From the IMG/VR virus record IMGVR_UViG_3300002461_000254, positions 1-59,137 of that record: 59,137 nt of DNA. One strand, 5' to 3'. The position numbers were made by a program, and so were the translations under genes. This document shows, piece by piece, positions 55,865 to 59,137 of the stretch (within the stretch, counting starts at the first letter, position 1; each line of letters begins with the position of its first letter). The notes beneath the pieces were generated by a model. The model saw only the letters and a list, made by a program, of their open reading frames with translations. It did not search any database and was not told the origin of the DNA. Source of the DNA: a virus (Duplodnaviria > Caudoviricetes).

Positions 55865-56505
55865 TGCGATCCTTCAACGCCGAAGCGCTCGCCAGCCTTG
55901 AGGGCGTCGAGCCGGTCCGCCGAGGCATGGTCCGGTTCGACCTCGCGTCGGGCTCTTACGGCTTCTGGGATGGGGCGGAGCCCTACACGTTCGAGGACTG
56001 CGTCTACCAGCCCGGCGGGCAGCTTCTGCAGATCGACGCCATCCCGGGCGGGATCGGCACGGAGAGCCAGGGAATCACCATCCGGCTTTCGGCGATCGAG
56101 AACTCCGAGCTTTCGCCCGACGTTCTCGCAACGATCGAAAACGAGGCCTACATCGGCCGGCGCGTCACGATCCACTCCATGTACCTGTCGCCGGAGGGCG
56201 CGCTTCTGCAGATCGTCCGCATCTACCGCGGCTACTGCGACAAGCTCGTCCATGAGGAAGTGGATGGCGGCGAGGCGGCAATCATCGCCAACATCGAGAG
56301 CAAAAGCCTCGACAATCAGAAGCGCGGCTACCGTGTGCGCTCGCCGAATGACCAGGCGCGCATCGACCCGTCCGACAAGGGCCTCGAGCACGTCGCTACC
56401 GCCTCCTCCTACGAAATCTATTGGGGCAAGAACCCGCCAGCATCCTTGAGCGGCGGGCAGGCGCGCAACCCGGGCTTTGGCGCGCAGGCGGGGTCCTTCG
56501 GATGA
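55864..56505 (+). CDS. tail tip/hub protein
   Basis: YGFWDG, YRGYCD, DQARIDPSDKG..YWG. Confidence 0.7.
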   Translation: MRSFNAEALASLEGVEPVRRGMVRFDLASGSYGFWDGAEPYTFEDCVYQPGGQLLQIDAIPGGIGTESQGITIRLSAIENSELSPDVLATIENEAYIGRRVTIHSMYLSPEGALLQIVRIYRGYCDKLVHEEVDGGEAAIIANIESKSLDNQKRGYRVRSPNDQARIDPSDKGLEHVATASSYEIYWGKNPPASLSGGQARNPGFGAQAGSFG

Positions 56506-56894
56506 GGCGCGAGGACTGGTTCGAGCGGCTGTCCGACGTGATCGCCCGTCATCATGACGTGCCGTTCGCCTACGGCAAGGCCGACTGCCTGACGTTCCCG
56601 CTGGAATGCGCGACCGCCATGACCGGGCGCACTTTCGATCTCCCCGCATACAAGACCGAGACCGGGGCGGCGAAGGCGCTGTTCAAGGCTGGCTTCATGT
56701 CAGTCGGTGATGCGCTGGCGTCGGAATTCGAGGAAATCCCCCCGGCCCTCGCCGGCCGCGGCGACCTCGTGGAAGCGATCAACGGGAACCAGGTCGCCGG
56801 CGGCGTCTGTGTCGGCATGGAAGTGGTCTGCAAGTCGGAGGCGGGAAACGTGCTGCTACCTCGATCCGCCATCCGCCGGGCCTTCAGGGTCTAG
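56502..56894 (+). CDS. NlpC/P60-like tail assembly protein
   Basis: PFAYGKADC, AMTG, RGDLV. Confidence 0.75.
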   Translation: MRREDWFERLSDVIARHHDVPFAYGKADCLTFPLECATAMTGRTFDLPAYKTETGAAKALFKAGFMSVGDALASEFEEIPPALAGRGDLVEAINGNQVAGGVCVGMEVVCKSEAGNVLLPRSAIRRAFRV

Positions 56895-56895
56895 C

Positions 56896-59137
56896 ATGAA
56901 GCGCATTCTCGCCCTTGCCCTGCTAGCTCTGCTGGCGGGGAGCTCGCCCGCGGCTGCGGATCCGATCTCCCTTGCCATCGGCGCGCTCGTCACGTCGATC
57001 GGCTCGATTGGCGCCACCGTTGGCGCCTTCGTCACCGGCCTCGGCGTGCTTGGCAAGGCGCTGATCTCCATCGGTCTGTCGCTTGCGCTGTCCTTTGTTT
57101 CGTCGCTGTTCCGGCCCAAGCCGAAGCAGGCTGAAGGCGGGGTTCAAAGCCAAATCCAGATCGGCGGCGACGTTCCGCGCTCTGGCATCTTCGGTAAACA
57201 GTCGACCGCAGGCCACATCGTCTATGTGAACACCTCCGGCGGCAGCAATGCCGTGCTGGAGATGGTGTTCGCCGTTGGCGACGGGCGGCATGAGGGGCTG
57301 TCGCGGGTCTGGGTCAACGGCAAACTGTCCGGCCTGACGCAGCCGGGCGCCGACCCCTACTATGTCGTGGATGGCTTCGATGGGAAGCTGACGCTCACCT
57401 TCGTGCCCGGCACTGCGGACCAGTCGGCACTAGCCTCGCTGGTGGCCAGCGCCAACCCTTCTGGCCGGTGGTCCACCGATCACACCCTGACCGGCATTGC
57501 CTACATCGTCGCGCGCCTTCAGTACGACGAGAAGGTATTTCCCAACGGCGTGCCGCAGCTTCTGTTCGAGATGGAGGGCCTGCGCCTCTACGACCCTCGC
57601 TTCGACAGCACGAACGGCGGGACGGGATCGCAGCGCTGGGATGATCCGACGACCTGGGCCTATTCCGAGAACCCGGCCATCCAGCTCTACAACTACCAGC
57701 GCGGCATCTTCCTGGACGGCGAGCGCGTCCTCGGCATGGGTCTGCCCGCGAGCGACCTCAACACCGCGTCCTATATCGCCGCGGCCAACATCTGCGACGA
57801 GACCGTCAGCCTCGCCGGGGGTGGCACCGAGACGCGCTACCGTTGCGGCTTCATCGTCAGCGACGGGATGCAGCACTCGGAGGTTATCGATCGCTTCGTC
57901 GAGGCCATGGGCGGCGTGATTGCCGAGCGGGCCGGGCTCTACACCGTGTTCGCTGGCGTGGCGCAGACCTCCGTCGTGACCATCACGGATGGCGATCTGG
58001 TGCTTGGCCGGCCCCGCACCTTCTCCGGCAAGAAGTCCCGCACCGAGCGGGTCAATGCCGTCTTCGGGACCTATTCCAATCCGGATGAGCAATGGAAGCC
58101 GGTCGCGTTCCCCGCGTTCACGTCCGACACGTTCGAAGCTGAGGACGGCGGCGAGCGTCTCGCCGTCAACCTCGACCTCGCGCAGGTTTTCTCAGTCACG
58201 CAGGCTCAGCGCCTGGCAATGATCCAGCGCCGTCTCGGTCGCCTCCAGGGCACGGCCGAAATCTCCCTGCCGTTCGCCTACATCCGGATCGAAGCCGGAG
58301 ACTGGATGACCTGGCAGTCGGCGCGTTTTGGTTTCACGAAGGTCTGGCAGGTCGTTTCCGCGCGGATCGAGGCTGACCAGACTATCCGCCTGTCGCTCCG
58401 CGAGATCGCTACCAGCGTCTTCTCGTGGATCTCCGGGGACGACGAGCTGGAGGTGGCGCAGCCTGGCCTCGTGCCAAGCCGGCCGCCTCTCGCCGGCGGG
58501 CTGAGCGAGTTCGCCGCGTCGCCGGTCACGATCGAAGGCGACAATGGAAGCGCTGCCCCGGCAATCCGCGCCAGCTGGAATCCGATCGAAGACGAGACCG
58601 TCGCGGCCGTCATCATCGAGCATCGGATCGGCGCGAGCGGCGAGGCTGGTCAGACGCGCTCCGTCAACCGCTTGGGCGGTTTCGTGGTCATTTCCGACGG
58701 CATCCAGCCGAACACCGTCTATCAGGTGCGCGGTACGATCGAGACAGTGCCAGCACGTGAGACGACGTGGTCGTCTTGGGTCAGCGTGACGACCCCAGAT
58801 GTGCGGATCACCGAGGGGGAGCTCGACGACGCCATCACTGCGGCAATCACCACGGCCGGCACCAACGCGGCGCGGGCGCTCCAGGACGCGCAGGATCTGA
58901 TCGCGGCGCTTTCGGCAGACGCGAACCGCTCGCAGCCGGCATCGGCGCGGCTTAACCTCGACCTGTCCAGCCGCTTGGAGCAGCTCTCCGGCGCGGTGCT
59001 CGCTTCTCAGGCTGCGGTCGAGGACTTCAAGGGCGTCCTCGGTGACCTTGGCTGGGAGCGCATCGGCCCCGGTGGTGCATCCCGGTTCCGCGCCATCGAT
59101 GTCGTCAACAATGGCCTGACCACGCTGACGACGCAGA
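56896..59137 (+). CDS. tail tip / host specificity protein (J-like), truncated by the window
   Basis: Open frame to the window end; YDPRFDSTNGGTGSQRWDDPTTWAYSENPA, AAANICDE. Confidence 0.88.
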   Translation, partial: MKRILALALLALLAGSSPAAADPISLAIGALVTSIGSIGATVGAFVTGLGVLGKALISIGLSLALSFVSSLFRPKPKQAEGGVQSQIQIGGDVPRSGIFGKQSTAGHIVYVNTSGGSNAVLEMVFAVGDGRHEGLSRVWVNGKLSGLTQPGADPYYVVDGFDGKLTLTFVPGTADQSALASLVASANPSGRWSTDHTLTGIAYIVARLQYDEKVFPNGVPQLLFEMEGLRLYDPRFDSTNGGTGSQRWDDPTTWAYSENPAIQLYNYQRGIFLDGERVLGMGLPASDLNTASYIAAANICDETVSLAGGGTETRYRCGFIVSDGMQHSEVIDRFVEAMGGVIAERAGLYTVFAGVAQTSVVTITDGDLVLGRPRTFSGKKSRTERVNAVFGTYSNPDEQWKPVAFPAFTSDTFEAEDGGERLAVNLDLAQVFSVTQAQRLAMIQRRLGRLQGTAEISLPFAYIRIEAGDWMTWQSARFGFTKVWQVVSARIEADQTIRLSLREIATSVFSWISGDDELEVAQPGLVPSRPPLAGGLSEFAASPVTIEGDNGSAAPAIRASWNPIEDETVAAVIIEHRIGASGEAGQTRSVNRLGGFVVISDGIQPNTVYQVRGTIETVPARETTWSSWVSVTTPDVRITEGELDDAITAAITTAGTNAARALQDAQDLIAALSADANRSQPASARLNLDLSSRLEQLSGAVLASQAAVEDFKGVLGDLGWERIGPGGASRFRAIDVVNNGLTTLTTQ

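Larger units (their letters stand above)
2528..59137. mobile_element. lambdoid siphovirus prophage (continues beyond the window)
   Basis: att, integrase, recombination, immunity, replication, head and tail modules in canonical order. Confidence 0.97.

Overview
High-GC alphaproteobacterial (Rhizobiales-like) DNA. About 2.5 kb of host genes (amidohydrolase end, CoxL/xanthine-dehydrogenase-type Mo subunit) is followed by a lambdoid siphovirus prophage. The prophage starts at a tRNA-Val(CAC) 3' fragment (att, 2528-2574) and runs past the window end: int/xis, RecET, cI/cro with operators, GcrA, MTase, NusG-like, then head and tail genes. Two nested systems stand out. (1) An 18,474-bp satellite-like element bounded by the 12-bp direct repeat GAGTGGAACACG splits the prophage major capsid gene in frame. 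It carries its own integrase, helicase and ori, terminase, a mini-scaffold resembling the helper scaffold, a tail chaperone and a tape measure. (2) A moron in the tail region encodes a solo Cas7/RAMP-like protein plus an accessory protein, followed by a non-coding array of (GGY-NN)n pentamers in four units. The variable NN dinucleotides of unit 1, read with a one-base skip, match 17/20 positions of the phage's own tail-tube gene at codon positions 1-2. This suggests an RNA-guided, gapped-code anti-phage system with no canonical CRISPR array. All protein calls are by eye from motifs and gene order; no searches were run.
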